Positions 9,541 to 18,936 of a DNA stretch of 41,874 nucleotides are shown piece after piece. A model generated the notes under the pieces. It did no database searches. It had not been told where the DNA came from and was given only the letters and a program-made list of their open reading frames with translations. A program made the position numbers and the translations under genes. Source of the stretch: a virus; the IMG/VR virus record IMGVR_UViG_3300009285_000025. The stretch is one strand, 5' to 3'. Positions within the stretch are counted from its first letter, which is position 1. Each line of letters begins with the position of its first letter.

Positions 9541-12063
9541 CTATTCTTTTATTAAATCAAAATCAAATATTATACTATAAAGAGTAAAGCCACTCGATGC
9601 GCCCGTTATAGTTAAAGCTAAACTAAAATAATCGAATTGTTCCTCTGACGCATTACAAACTACTTCCCATTTCCGCACTCCTCTACTATCACCAATAACA
9701 GTATCGGCATTTTTTGAATACCCACTTGTCAATACCGCTGTAGCATTACTACGTTGAGCAGACGATTGAAAATCATAATATCTGTCAACAGTTAAAGTTC
9801 CGTTAGATGTAGCAAGCACCAAGAAGGTTATAGTTTTCATCTGAAGGCGACCATTAAACCCCTGAACTATAGGACGTAACCATCCTGTTCGCCATTTTGT
9901 AGATATTCCTGTTCCTGCCAATGTATTGCCACTGAATAGCTGGTATATTCCACCAGTATTACTGTGTGCAAAATACAATGCTCCCGTATCATCTACACCG
10001 CCGAATGCAGTGAAATGTGTAGCACCAACATTTTTATTTATACTCCACGAGTTAGTTTTCCATTCGTATATAAATAACCGATTGTTTTTAGAGGATGGCG
10101 TGTCGGCACTTGTCTCTATACTTACAATGTAAAGCCCTCTATATGTAATACCCACTGCATTTTGCATTCGATTAGTTGTTACATCATCCCAAATCGTAGG
10201 ATTTATATCTTCCGATATACACCTCACGGTAGCGCCATCAAACCGATAAATCCCCGCCGATTTATTACGTGAAACGAAAAACATATAATCACTCACCGCC
10301 ACACTGTCTCCACTGCAACATCCGTAAGCACTTTCGACAGGACGCAACCTAAAGTTAGATGGTGTGTAACCAGTAACGGTATAAATTTTATCATCCTTCA
10401 TCACGATAAGCATATCTAAAAACACTGCAAGTCCCGTTATAGGAGTATTATTATCCCCTACACGCATAAAAAACGTATCAGGGAATATCTCTACGTTTGC
10501 TCCGTGAACCTCAGTATTAAGTGAACTGTCGCTAACTTCATCTCCAGCATTAGCAGAATAATATAGATATGACTGCCCTAAACGTGAACGTGCAGTAAAA
10601 CACCTGTCTCTCCATATTGCAATATATTGCGTGGGAGGAGAAGTGCCATTATTATTAGGCGCTTCCCTCAACTCTAAACTTGCATCAGCAGTATTATCTG
10701 TATACGTTGTCGTAGTATCATCATTTATCGTTGCTACATAATACCATCTTGTTGCATCTACTGCCCTCGTTCTGTAAATATTCCTTGCAGTTACACCAGA
10801 TATGCCATTGGACGTCCCCGTAGGAATATTACTTAAACTTCCCTGCTGGCTTGCCAATATTACAGTCGCAATTCCATTAGATGGCTTGGCTGTCGATTCC
10901 CTTGATGTATTACCCTCAAATATAAAACTAACCTTATAAGAATACGTTCCCGTCAATACCCCCGCCGCACCAACCGCTGCCGTCATAGGTTGAGAATATC
11001 TTGCCAATACGGCCGCACTCGCACCCCCACCCTCTAATGTCCCTAAAAAGTTATTGGCAGTGTCATATTTCCACTTAACAGTAATTGCGGACGTTGTCGA
11101 TAATCCAAACCCTACATTCTTACCTGACTGCGTTGCACCAAATTTAGAATAAGCAATATATAATGCTAATTCTCCATCCCTATATACCTTAACGGAATTA
11201 TTACCATCCTTCCATAACGAATAAATATGATAGCCATCGTTGTTTTTTAGAGGATATACGCTTGCCAATTCCACGAAATTGCTGTTAGACGGAGCGCCAC
11301 TAAAATACCCAACTGACAATGCGTCATCATATATCGCCAACACGCATATCTTTGCACCATCATCTATAAACATAAACGCAGGCGCTCTCGTTGCTGTCTT
11401 ATTTATACCACCAGAAGTAATACTAACATTAGCACTTATTCGTATAAATGACGTTCCCGAAACAGCAGAAGTATTTATTGTGTAATACGCTATCCCCGAT
11501 GAACCTTGTGCTGTCGTTAAAATACTACTTGCTACGCTCTCTGTAGGCGTCCCTACTTTTGTCCACGCTGGCGTGGAATCCGCAGGTAATGCCGCTGCGG
11601 TGTAAGTAGATATAGCCGTCCCGTCATTAGAATACGGCTCTTGAAATCCCATCCGTCTAATAGATGATTGATTGCCCAATCCCTTAATAGTTTTTGGCAC
11701 TATATCCTGCCCTACTGCAAACCTCAAATCATAAGCACCCGCAAACCTTTTCCTTGCTGTCCCCCCAACTGCAAGCGTTCCATTACTTCCTGAACTCGGA
11801 TATAATGTTGCAGTTGCTTCATCCACAACGGTTAATTCCCTTATACCTGAACTCTCATAAAACCTATCAAGCCCAGTAATAGATGTTCCACTTGCATAAG
11901 ATGTGGTAGCAAATCCACCGCCCTGCTTTAATGCACCCGCATCATCAAAATAGTCCACCTGTTCGCATACTATTGCTTCGTTCAGTTGCAATGCAGTGGC
12001 ATTCTTTGCCGTCTTTAATCTGCCCTCAAAATTATCTATCTTAAATACTGGCATAATTTTCAA
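9541..12063 (-). CDS. Large tail structural protein (840 aa), putative nozzle / tail tubular protein B-like.
   Basis: The call rests on size and position only: after the adaptor candidate and before the core proteins, as in the T7 gp11-gp12 order. No diagnostic motif was seen. Confidence 0.4.
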   Translation of the reverse strand: MKIMPVFKIDNFEGRLKTAKNATALQLNEAIVCEQVDYFDDAGALKQGGGFATTSYASGTSITGLDRFYESSGIRELTVVDEATATLYPSSGSNGTLAVGGTARKRFAGAYDLRFAVGQDIVPKTIKGLGNQSSIRRMGFQEPYSNDGTAISTYTAAALPADSTPAWTKVGTPTESVASSILTTAQGSSGIAYYTINTSAVSGTSFIRISANVSITSGGINKTATRAPAFMFIDDGAKICVLAIYDDALSVGYFSGAPSNSNFVELASVYPLKNNDGYHIYSLWKDGNNSVKVYRDGELALYIAYSKFGATQSGKNVGFGLSTTSAITVKWKYDTANNFLGTLEGGGASAAVLARYSQPMTAAVGAAGVLTGTYSYKVSFIFEGNTSRESTAKPSNGIATVILASQQGSLSNIPTGTSNGISGVTARNIYRTRAVDATRWYYVATINDDTTTTYTDNTADASLELREAPNNNGTSPPTQYIAIWRDRCFTARSRLGQSYLYYSANAGDEVSDSSLNTEVHGANVEIFPDTFFMRVGDNNTPITGLAVFLDMLIVMKDDKIYTVTGYTPSNFRLRPVESAYGCCSGDSVAVSDYMFFVSRNKSAGIYRFDGATVRCISEDINPTIWDDVTTNRMQNAVGITYRGLYIVSIETSADTPSSKNNRLFIYEWKTNSWSINKNVGATHFTAFGGVDDTGALYFAHSNTGGIYQLFSGNTLAGTGISTKWRTGWLRPIVQGFNGRLQMKTITFLVLATSNGTLTVDRYYDFQSSAQRSNATAVLTSGYSKNADTVIGDSRGVRKWEVVCNASEEQFDYFSLALTITGASSGFTLYSIIFDFDLIKE

Positions 12064-12947
12064 TACTGGTCATCTTCGGCTACTTGCGATATGTGAACCC
12101 CGCCATACTTTATACGACGTTCGATAAATGTTGTTAGCTTCGCCATCCCGTCAGCATACATCTTTGCACAAAATTCTGCTCTATCCTTATTGGGAATTTT
12201 GCCAGCTATAATCATTGCCGCATACCATTCCATTACATAATGAAAATCCTCTGGGATACTTGACACAATGCTATAAACAGAGGTGGCGTCTGGCGTTGTT
12301 GACCAATTACTACTCACAGTTGCCAATCGAGTAGAGCTATTATAAGCAGATATTGTTCGCTCTTGCCCTACCCCCGTTCCTGAAATTATCCGTATCTTTT
12401 CCCCTACATATAAAGCAGGTGGATAAATAGTTAAACTGCCCGCCGTTATAGAGGACGAACTTGCAAATGTTATATTACTTGCTGTCCCGCTTACTGCCGT
12501 AGCATAGTGCATAGGCGCAAGCATACGTATATATGTTATCTGAATATTAGTAGCAACCGTAGAAGACGGGGCAGGAGACAATCCTAATATATTCCCTCTC
12601 AAAAAGCATCTTTCTACAAACGAAGCATTATACCACCAATTTCGTTCAGACCTTCTAATCGCCCATAATATCGTTTCTGGTGTAGTGTCGGTTCTTTCAA
12701 TCAGGGTAATTTTACGGTCTTTTACAACATCTGGTAATGTATATTCCTCTTGGCTTGCTACAAATCCAAGCGAAGTATCTATTTCTTCAAAAAATGTCTC
12801 ATCAGCGTCAACAATGGACTGATATAATATCCCCTGCGCCTCATTCAAATAGACAGCCACCTCACTATCATTATCTACCGCCCCTTGCGTTGAGGGCTGG
12901 TTTGCCTTGCGTCTTGCGTTTGTTATTAGTGTTTGTAAATCTGCCAT
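12060..12947 (-). CDS. Putative head-tail adaptor / tail tubular protein A-like (295 aa from MADLQTL).
   Basis: The ORF-track frame was trimmed to the first ATG at 12947; the track start at 13013 is a GTG. The call is positional. The stop overlaps the start of the next gene by 4 nt. Confidence 0.4.
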   Translation of the reverse strand: MADLQTLITNARRKANQPSTQGAVDNDSEVAVYLNEAQGILYQSIVDADETFFEEIDTSLGFVASQEEYTLPDVVKDRKITLIERTDTTPETILWAIRRSERNWWYNASFVERCFLRGNILGLSPAPSSTVATNIQITYIRMLAPMHYATAVSGTASNITFASSSSITAGSLTIYPPALYVGEKIRIISGTGVGQERTISAYNSSTRLATVSSNWSTTPDATSVYSIVSSIPEDFHYVMEWYAAMIIAGKIPNKDRAEFCAKMYADGMAKLTTFIERRIKYGGVHISQVAEDDQY

Positions 12948-13407
12948 TTTTTTTATTCTTTCTTTTAATATTCGTAGAAGTTGAGGGTATCGACATTGAT
13001 ACAAAAGGAACACGATTGCCAGATACCCCTAAAAATTCACGCCTATTATCATCAGCTATATCTTTACATACATTAGAAAAGTTTCTATCCTTTTTTTCCT
13101 TCTCCGCACCTTGTTCTCTTTTTACCCACTTAAACGGGTCGCCCCCCCGATTTATATACACCACCCGTTGAATACGTTCAACTTCCCCTTGCCATATAGG
13201 ATACCTATTAAATGCCGTAAATATATAGGGCTTCTTAAATGCGGACATATCCCATACTTCCCAACGTTTACCAAAGTTATTCCACAGTAAATTAAAACTT
13301 GGGTCAATAGCCCGCAAGCCCGCCATAACGAAATCAGGCGGTATTCCCACGCCTGCGGGCAATTCCTTAACTCTATAAAGGTAACTATTTGGCATTGACA
13401 TTGACAT
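12871..13407 (-). CDS. Hypothetical structural-module protein (178 aa).
   Basis: ORF track. The basic C-terminal tail overlaps the next gene by at least 77 nt. Confidence 0.5.
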   Translation of the reverse strand: MSMSMPNSYLYRVKELPAGVGIPPDFVMAGLRAIDPSFNLLWNNFGKRWEVWDMSAFKKPYIFTAFNRYPIWQGEVERIQRVVYINRGGDPFKWVKREQGAEKEKKDRNFSNVCKDIADDNRREFLGVSGNRVPFVSMSIPSTSTNIKRKNKKNGRFTNTNNKRKTQGKPALNARGGR

Positions 13408-13798
13408 TGGTTGTATCCTTCGCTTTTACCTTTTCCAACTCTTTAGTCAGCCGTGCAATCTCCTTATCTTTTTCTGCTATAGGGTCAACCTTAGGAGGTT
13501 CGTTTACAGGAATACCCATCTCCTGTAATTTTCTCCACGCATCATAGAGGTAATTAAGTTCGTCTCTTTTCTTTACCATCGCTCTACGTTTCCCGTCTTC
13601 CCCATTTGTTGTAGCAAGGTCTATCTTTTCATTGAGGTCTGCTATATCTTTAGCGTATTCCTTCTCTCTATATTCAATCAGTTTTGCACGTTTGCGTAAA
13701 TTCTTGATTACATTTGCCGTCCTTACTTCCTCGCTCTCATACTTCGGCTTACATCTCTCGATTTCCTCTCTGCTAACATCTATTGTCCCTGCTACCAT
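13385..13798 (-). CDS. Coiled-coil hypothetical protein (137 aa).
   Basis: ORF track. It is Lys/Glu-rich with a heptad-like sequence and has AGGAGG upstream. Confidence 0.55.
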   Translation of the reverse strand: MVAGTIDVSREEIERCKPKYESEEVRTANVIKNLRKRAKLIEYREKEYAKDIADLNEKIDLATTNGEDGKRRAMVKKRDELNYLYDAWRKLQEMGIPVNEPPKVDPIAEKDKEIARLTKELEKVKAKDTTNVNVNAK

Positions 13799-13808
13799 AC
13801 TAACCTCC

Positions 13809-13848
13809 TAAAAAATTAAAACATAGGCGGCTGTATTAGCAACCGCCC
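13809..13848 (-). terminator. Rho-independent terminator after the 771-aa gene.
   Basis: The minus strand reads GGGCGGTT-gctaatac-AGCCGCCT followed by ATGTTTTAATTTTTT. Confidence 0.55.
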
Positions 13849-13881
13849 AATTCTGCTAAAGAGCTAATACTCTTTTACTTT

Positions 13882-16197
13882 TTATACACTACCCGCACTA
13901 TAGTCAATCCTAACACCAACTATAACGGCATCTACCGCTAATGTATCAGCAGCATGATTAGCATCACGATTTACCTGCACAGCAAGTAACTGCCCAGCAG
14001 TCAAAGCCGCAGTCGTAATACCAGCTGTTATATTAAGGTCATTAGCCGTTCCGTCAGTAGTATCAGTAACGGAGTTAGTCGTTCCAGCCCCCGCCAATGC
14101 ACCGCTTTCAGAAACTGCTAACGTTGTTAAGTCAAGACGGCAGTCATTTGCCACAGCGTTAGCCGCCCAGTAAATATATGCAGTCGCCGTTGACCCAGCA
14201 ACTATATTATCAGGCACTCTAAATGTGCATACAATCGCTTCATCACCATCAGCGTCTAAAGCCCAACCCCTAACTATACCTGCACCTACCTGCGCTATTG
14301 CTGGTGTGCCAGAGTGAGACGTAAATACATTATAAGGTATAAACTCACTCTTGGTAGGTCTTGCAGTTCCTACAAAAGTAATAGCGCCTGTAGCATTCGC
14401 AAATTGTGTATAGTTAGTCGTGCCATCAGCATCACCAACCTTCATTGCCCCTGAAGCAACATTTACTATCGTATTTGTAGCATCAGAGAATATCTTCAAG
14501 TCTGGTGTGCCAGAAACATTACCTATCGTTAAGCCGTCATTATCGTTTAAGTGTCCACCGCCATCTAAAGTAACAAGCTCATCAAATAACGACTGCCCAA
14601 CATCAACGTGCAATGCCTCTATATTAGTAGCACCTATCCTGACCGCATAGCTTGTCCCCGCACCTGGCGCCGTAGCGGCGTCAGTTATGTCTAATGCAGA
14701 ACCGTCTATAGCTGCTGCGTGCTGACCCGTATTGGCGAGGTTAAGCACTATACCCTTGCCAGCGCTTATTGATGTGCCTGAGGTCTGTATATCAAGCAAC
14801 CCCTCGCTTGCAGTTCCAGTCCACGCTGCGCCGTGAATGTAGATACCCCTACCAGTAACATTACCGTCGTGGTCTATTTCAAGAGTATCACTACCTGCAA
14901 CGCCATTGTTGTCGAGTAAAATCATACTCGCAGCGCCAGCTGTTTTTTGAATAAACACTGTCTCGGCGCCTGCTGCACCAGAACTATCCGTTAAGGATAC
15001 TAACCTATCCGTTCTTGTCCCAGCACCAGTTACAACTAATGCCCCACCAGCAACATTGCTTGTCATATTCAGGTTCAGAGCATCGCCTGTATTAGCACCA
15101 GAATAAGTAAGGGCTATTGCGTGTCCAGTAGATGCACCATTACCAAAGTTGATGTTCAGTGCATTACCAGCAATCGCCGCAGTTCCCATTGCTATATCAA
15201 TAGCGTGTCCATTTGTAGCAGAATTGCCTCTTGTAATGTCAACTATATCAGCCGCCGAAGCCGTTGATGTAGTGATATTGACATTACCATCAGTTACAGT
15301 TAAATCGCCCGTAGTAAGCGTTAAAGCATTCGTGCCAAGAGCTGTTCCAGCTATTGTAGTGTTGCCATCCTCACCCACCACCCATACTTCAGAGCCATCT
15401 TCCGTTACCGATATAGCACCAAAACCCGCCCCAGCAAGAGCCGCATCATACTCAATCCTAAACACATTACCTGTCGTAACCGTAGAGCCATCAATTAAAA
15501 CGCCATCGCCCGTTGTTGCGGATACCGTGCTTGACACATTACCGCCACTTTGGGTTAAACCAGCATTTAATGTCGTAGCTCCAGTTACCGCCAATGTGCT
15601 TGATAGAGATGTTGCCCTGCCAAGTGTGATAGCACCTGTAGATGTTCCGCCAAGTGTTATTGTTCCAGTGGTAGAAGCATCTACCGCCAAATTAACGGCA
15701 CCAGAAGCAGCCGACCTAACCGTAGCAGCCGTAAGTGTAGTTGCCGCAACATCTACGAATGTAGCGTTACCTGCAGCTGTAACCAACCAATTACCAGCAT
15801 TACCGGTAATATCGTTGCCAGTCCCCGAATTAGTTAGTGCAATCAATGCGCCTGCACCCGCACCCGCTTTATTGATTGTCATTCCGCCGAAGTTGTCGGA
15901 TTGCGTTATTGCGAGAACCACCTGAACAGAACCAGTAAGAGTTAAAGCTCCAGCATCAACTGTTATGGTTCTTCCCGCACCTGCACCACCACTATCATAG
16001 CTATCATCTAACGTTCCTGCACTACCAGATACGCCTATATTCGTCCAATTTGTGCCATTGTAACGTTTAACTGTCCCAGTCGTGCTATCCCAAGCAATAG
16101 ACGGATTTAAATTAGTTCCTGTAGGCAAATTCGCCGTAGTATAACTTACTAATTTCAGAACTTTTGTCGTTGGAACTTTCCCTATCTTTACACTCAT
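13882..16197 (-). CDS. Thr/Gly/Ala-rich fibre-like protein (771 aa), candidate head fibre or decoration protein.
   Basis: It lies immediately downstream of the capsid gene and is bracketed by hairpins. It contains long runs of short T/G/A/N/V repeats such as GNALNINFGNGASTGHAIALTYSGANTGDALNLNMTSNVAGGALVVTGAG. The C-terminal ~170 aa are more complex. Confidence 0.4.
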   Translation of the reverse strand: MSVKIGKVPTTKVLKLVSYTTANLPTGTNLNPSIAWDSTTGTVKRYNGTNWTNIGVSGSAGTLDDSYDSGGAGAGRTITVDAGALTLTGSVQVVLAITQSDNFGGMTINKAGAGAGALIALTNSGTGNDITGNAGNWLVTAAGNATFVDVAATTLTAATVRSAASGAVNLAVDASTTGTITLGGTSTGAITLGRATSLSSTLAVTGATTLNAGLTQSGGNVSSTVSATTGDGVLIDGSTVTTGNVFRIEYDAALAGAGFGAISVTEDGSEVWVVGEDGNTTIAGTALGTNALTLTTGDLTVTDGNVNITTSTASAADIVDITRGNSATNGHAIDIAMGTAAIAGNALNINFGNGASTGHAIALTYSGANTGDALNLNMTSNVAGGALVVTGAGTRTDRLVSLTDSSGAAGAETVFIQKTAGAASMILLDNNGVAGSDTLEIDHDGNVTGRGIYIHGAAWTGTASEGLLDIQTSGTSISAGKGIVLNLANTGQHAAAIDGSALDITDAATAPGAGTSYAVRIGATNIEALHVDVGQSLFDELVTLDGGGHLNDNDGLTIGNVSGTPDLKIFSDATNTIVNVASGAMKVGDADGTTNYTQFANATGAITFVGTARPTKSEFIPYNVFTSHSGTPAIAQVGAGIVRGWALDADGDEAIVCTFRVPDNIVAGSTATAYIYWAANAVANDCRLDLTTLAVSESGALAGAGTTNSVTDTTDGTANDLNITAGITTAALTAGQLLAVQVNRDANHAADTLAVDAVIVGVRIDYSAGSV

Positions 16198-16235
16198 TTT
16201 ATACTCCCTTATCCACTTATTTTTATTTCTTTATA

Positions 16236-16299
16236 TTAGAGGGAATTTCAGGATTAGCCCTCTAATAAATTTGGTGGGGAAGACAATCTCCCCCACCAA
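16236..16299 (-). terminator. Two tandem strong hairpins just downstream of the major capsid gene (attenuator or RNA stabiliser).
   Basis: On the minus strand, TTGGTGGGGA..TCCCCACCAA (16271..16299) forms a 10-bp stem. TTAGAGGG..CCCTCTAA (16236..16265) forms an 8-bp stem. Both are followed by A/T-rich sequence. Confidence 0.5.
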
Positions 16300-16309
16300 T
16301 TTACCTGTT

Positions 16310-17554
16310 TTACACTTCTGTTATATCTCTGACTACACCACCACTACCAGCAAGGTCAGTTACTATGTCATAATAGACATATTCAGTAACTTCATAGGCG
16401 TCCTTATTTAGAATACGGTTAAGACGGCTACCATCTTCAGCCATAAACCCTATTCCATCACTACCCTGTGCCAAGAACAAATGCTTGGCATCATAAATAA
16501 ACGCAGTATTCTTAGGGCAGTATTGAGACGCCAGCCAATCCATCGTGGTATTGCCATAACTATACTTCAACGATTGATGCCCCGCATTAAAGTTAAGGTC
16601 AGAATATCTTCTATCCTGTCTTACTAACGAATGATAGGCATTCAATACGCCATAGTTAGAAACCATAGTATTAGGCATACCGTCTGTTTTCTTATAGATT
16701 GCCTGAATAAGAGCATTGAGCTGGTCTTCAGACAAATCCCTATTCGTTCCGCCAAAGTCAATTACATTGCCATCCCACCACGTATTAGTTGCACGGGTTA
16801 TGCCCTGTAATGACGTAAGCAATCTACTGCCTGCACTGTCTATACCATCATAGATACCTTCTAAGCCCATAGCAACATTGCCACGTTCAGAAGTCCTATA
16901 AAGGAAGTAGTTCTGCGTAACAGTTTCAGCAGAGGTAAGTGTGATTTTATTGTTTATCATATCCACCTCACCAATTACCGAATCCGTTCCTACAGAACCA
17001 GCAGAACCGCCACTTGCTTCATTAGTCGAGAAATCACTTACAATCATTCCCCTTTCACACGCAGCAGCGTTGTCAACCGTAAAGAACGTATTCGCACCGA
17101 TTGACCCGCTTGCCTGTGTTACCTTGCATAATGCACCAGAACCACGTCCAAATAACCACACTTCCCTATCCTTCTTTATGCCCTTCGTTGTGCTATCTAT
17201 AAACGCTCCGATTGCCGTGCCAAATCCTTCAGGATTTCGCCTTGCAGCTTGCATTGCCTGCCCTGTTAATGCAAATCTGCCATAGGCAAATTTCAGCCCA
17301 ACTGTCGGCTTCGCCCAGAGCGGAACTCCAGCTGTTGGTAAATCAGCATTTTCCGCAATAGACAACCTGCCAGGGTTGTTTCCATACTTAACCCTCATCT
17401 GAACTGACAATCCTAACCCATCCACAGTAATAATGTCAGTTTTCTTCGACATTCTCTGCATAAACGGGTCGTTATCGTTTATTTCAGACACTATCGCACC
17501 TGCATATTTTTGGGTCAAACTATTACCCAAATCACTAATCACTCCTGTTGCCAT
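16310..17554 (-). CDS. Major capsid protein (414 aa).
   Basis: Its position directly after the scaffold gene and its size fit HK97-fold capsid proteins. It is followed by strong hairpins. Confidence 0.65.
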   Translation of the reverse strand: MATGVISDLGNSLTQKYAGAIVSEINDNDPFMQRMSKKTDIITVDGLGLSVQMRVKYGNNPGRLSIAENADLPTAGVPLWAKPTVGLKFAYGRFALTGQAMQAARRNPEGFGTAIGAFIDSTTKGIKKDREVWLFGRGSGALCKVTQASGSIGANTFFTVDNAAACERGMIVSDFSTNEASGGSAGSVGTDSVIGEVDMINNKITLTSAETVTQNYFLYRTSERGNVAMGLEGIYDGIDSAGSRLLTSLQGITRATNTWWDGNVIDFGGTNRDLSEDQLNALIQAIYKKTDGMPNTMVSNYGVLNAYHSLVRQDRRYSDLNFNAGHQSLKYSYGNTTMDWLASQYCPKNTAFIYDAKHLFLAQGSDGIGFMAEDGSRLNRILNKDAYEVTEYVYYDIVTDLAGSGGVVRDITEV

Positions 17555-17568
17555 TTTAAGTTTCTCCT

Positions 17569-18405
17569 TTATTCTTCTGAAGCTATTGACTGCTTAAGAC
17601 CTTCAACAAAAGAAGCCGTAGCTTCATCAAAACCTTTAGGTGCTGTTTGCTTTCCTGCGGGAGCACCACTACCGCCCTTTACTGTAGAAGGAACGGTTTT
17701 GCCCGCATTTGCCTTACTCTCAACATAAGAAGTCCTGCTTTTCTCTACAAGCCCTGCCATCTTTTTAGCCGCATTGGCAACAACTACAGACATAGGCATA
17801 GCCCGATTTCTGTTCAGTTCACCAGCAATAAAGTTATTGACAATATCCGCATATTCCTCTGACGCAAATATCCCCTCTCTAAAAATAGGGTGCTTTTGCA
17901 TCTCCGTATCAACTGCCTCGCTTGCCTTTAATAGCATCGACTCATCGTCTTGCTGTTTCTTCCACGCTAAAAGCTCATCTATTTTAGCCAGCTTTTGCTG
18001 TATTTCTGGAGGTAATGTTACGGGTTGCCCTGCTTTCGCTTGCTGAACATTCTCTTTTACTATCTGCTTTGCCTCTTCCGAACCGTAGATTTTCTTGAGT
18101 TGTTCGTAATACTGTTTCTGGAATGTCGAGTCCTGAAGTAGCTTGCCTACCCTTTCGTTAACCATTCCATCCAGATTACCATCAACTTCTTCGTAGAATT
18201 TCTCCAATTCGTTTTTCTTATCATTCACTTCCTTAAATCGTGCATAAGGAACTGCCTGCTCTTCCTTGCCATCACCCTGAATAGCGGTAGTATCGCCCCC
18301 ACCCTGCGTTTGCGTTTCAACATCCTGTGGTGATGCCGTTGTGCCAATGCCGTCTGCTGACGAACCAGACGTCCCTTTTACGTCAACTGCTTCTTCAATA
18401 CCCAT
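17569..18405 (-). CDS. Scaffolding protein (278 aa from MGIEEAV).
   Basis: It is acidic and Gln/Glu/Lys-rich with a helical look, and lies between portal and capsid. The start was trimmed to the ATG at 18405, which has AGGAGG 9 nt upstream. Confidence 0.6.
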   Translation of the reverse strand: MGIEEAVDVKGTSGSSADGIGTTASPQDVETQTQGGGDTTAIQGDGKEEQAVPYARFKEVNDKKNELEKFYEEVDGNLDGMVNERVGKLLQDSTFQKQYYEQLKKIYGSEEAKQIVKENVQQAKAGQPVTLPPEIQQKLAKIDELLAWKKQQDDESMLLKASEAVDTEMQKHPIFREGIFASEEYADIVNNFIAGELNRNRAMPMSVVVANAAKKMAGLVEKSRTSYVESKANAGKTVPSTVKGGSGAPAGKQTAPKGFDEATASFVEGLKQSIASEE

Positions 18406-18492
18406 TTTGCAGAACCTCCTAAATAAACATCCATTTTTATTTAACGCCAATTTAACGAGTGGATGACTCTCGCCATTAGGCGAACAATATTT

Positions 18493-18741
18493 TTACTTTC
18501 TAAGTCCCTTCAATGTCTGGGCTAACCGCTTTCGCCTTTTCATTAAAGGACTATCGCTTTCCTTTATTTCCATCTTTATCATAGGTATCTTTTTACCCAT
18601 CGGAACATTCAAGCCCTTATGCAATGCCCCCTTCTTTTTTATCGCTCCTGCTATCCAATTCTCCGCCATACCGCTACCTCCCTTCTTCATATACTTTTGC
18701 TTCGCCATTCCATTCATATCTGATACCATTCCTGTTGCCAT
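18493..18741 (-). CDS. Small basic conserved-looking phage protein (82 aa).
   Basis: ORF track. It contains a KKGALHKGLNVPMGKKIP motif and a basic C-terminus. Confidence 0.5.
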   Translation of the reverse strand: MATGMVSDMNGMAKQKYMKKGGSGMAENWIAGAIKKKGALHKGLNVPMGKKIPMIKMEIKESDSPLMKRRKRLAQTLKGLRK

Positions 18742-18747
18742 TAAAAA

Positions 18748-18936
18748 TTACCTCCAATGCCTTCCACATATCTGACAATAATATACAACCTCATCCTTTA
18801 TATTAAAAATACTAATCTGCTTATCCTTAACATCATTATTCCTAATACACTGATTCTTGCATTCCGAACACACCTTATCATAATCAGTATGCCTAATATC
18901 GACAACATTCTTAAGTTCCTTCATAAGGCGGTTCAA
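18748..18936 (-). CDS. Zinc-ribbon small protein (62 aa).
   Basis: ORF track. It has CSECKNQC and CQICGRHW Cys pairs. Confidence 0.5.
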   Translation of the reverse strand: MNRLMKELKNVVDIRHTDYDKVCSECKNQCIRNNDVKDKQISIFNIKDEVVYYCQICGRHWR

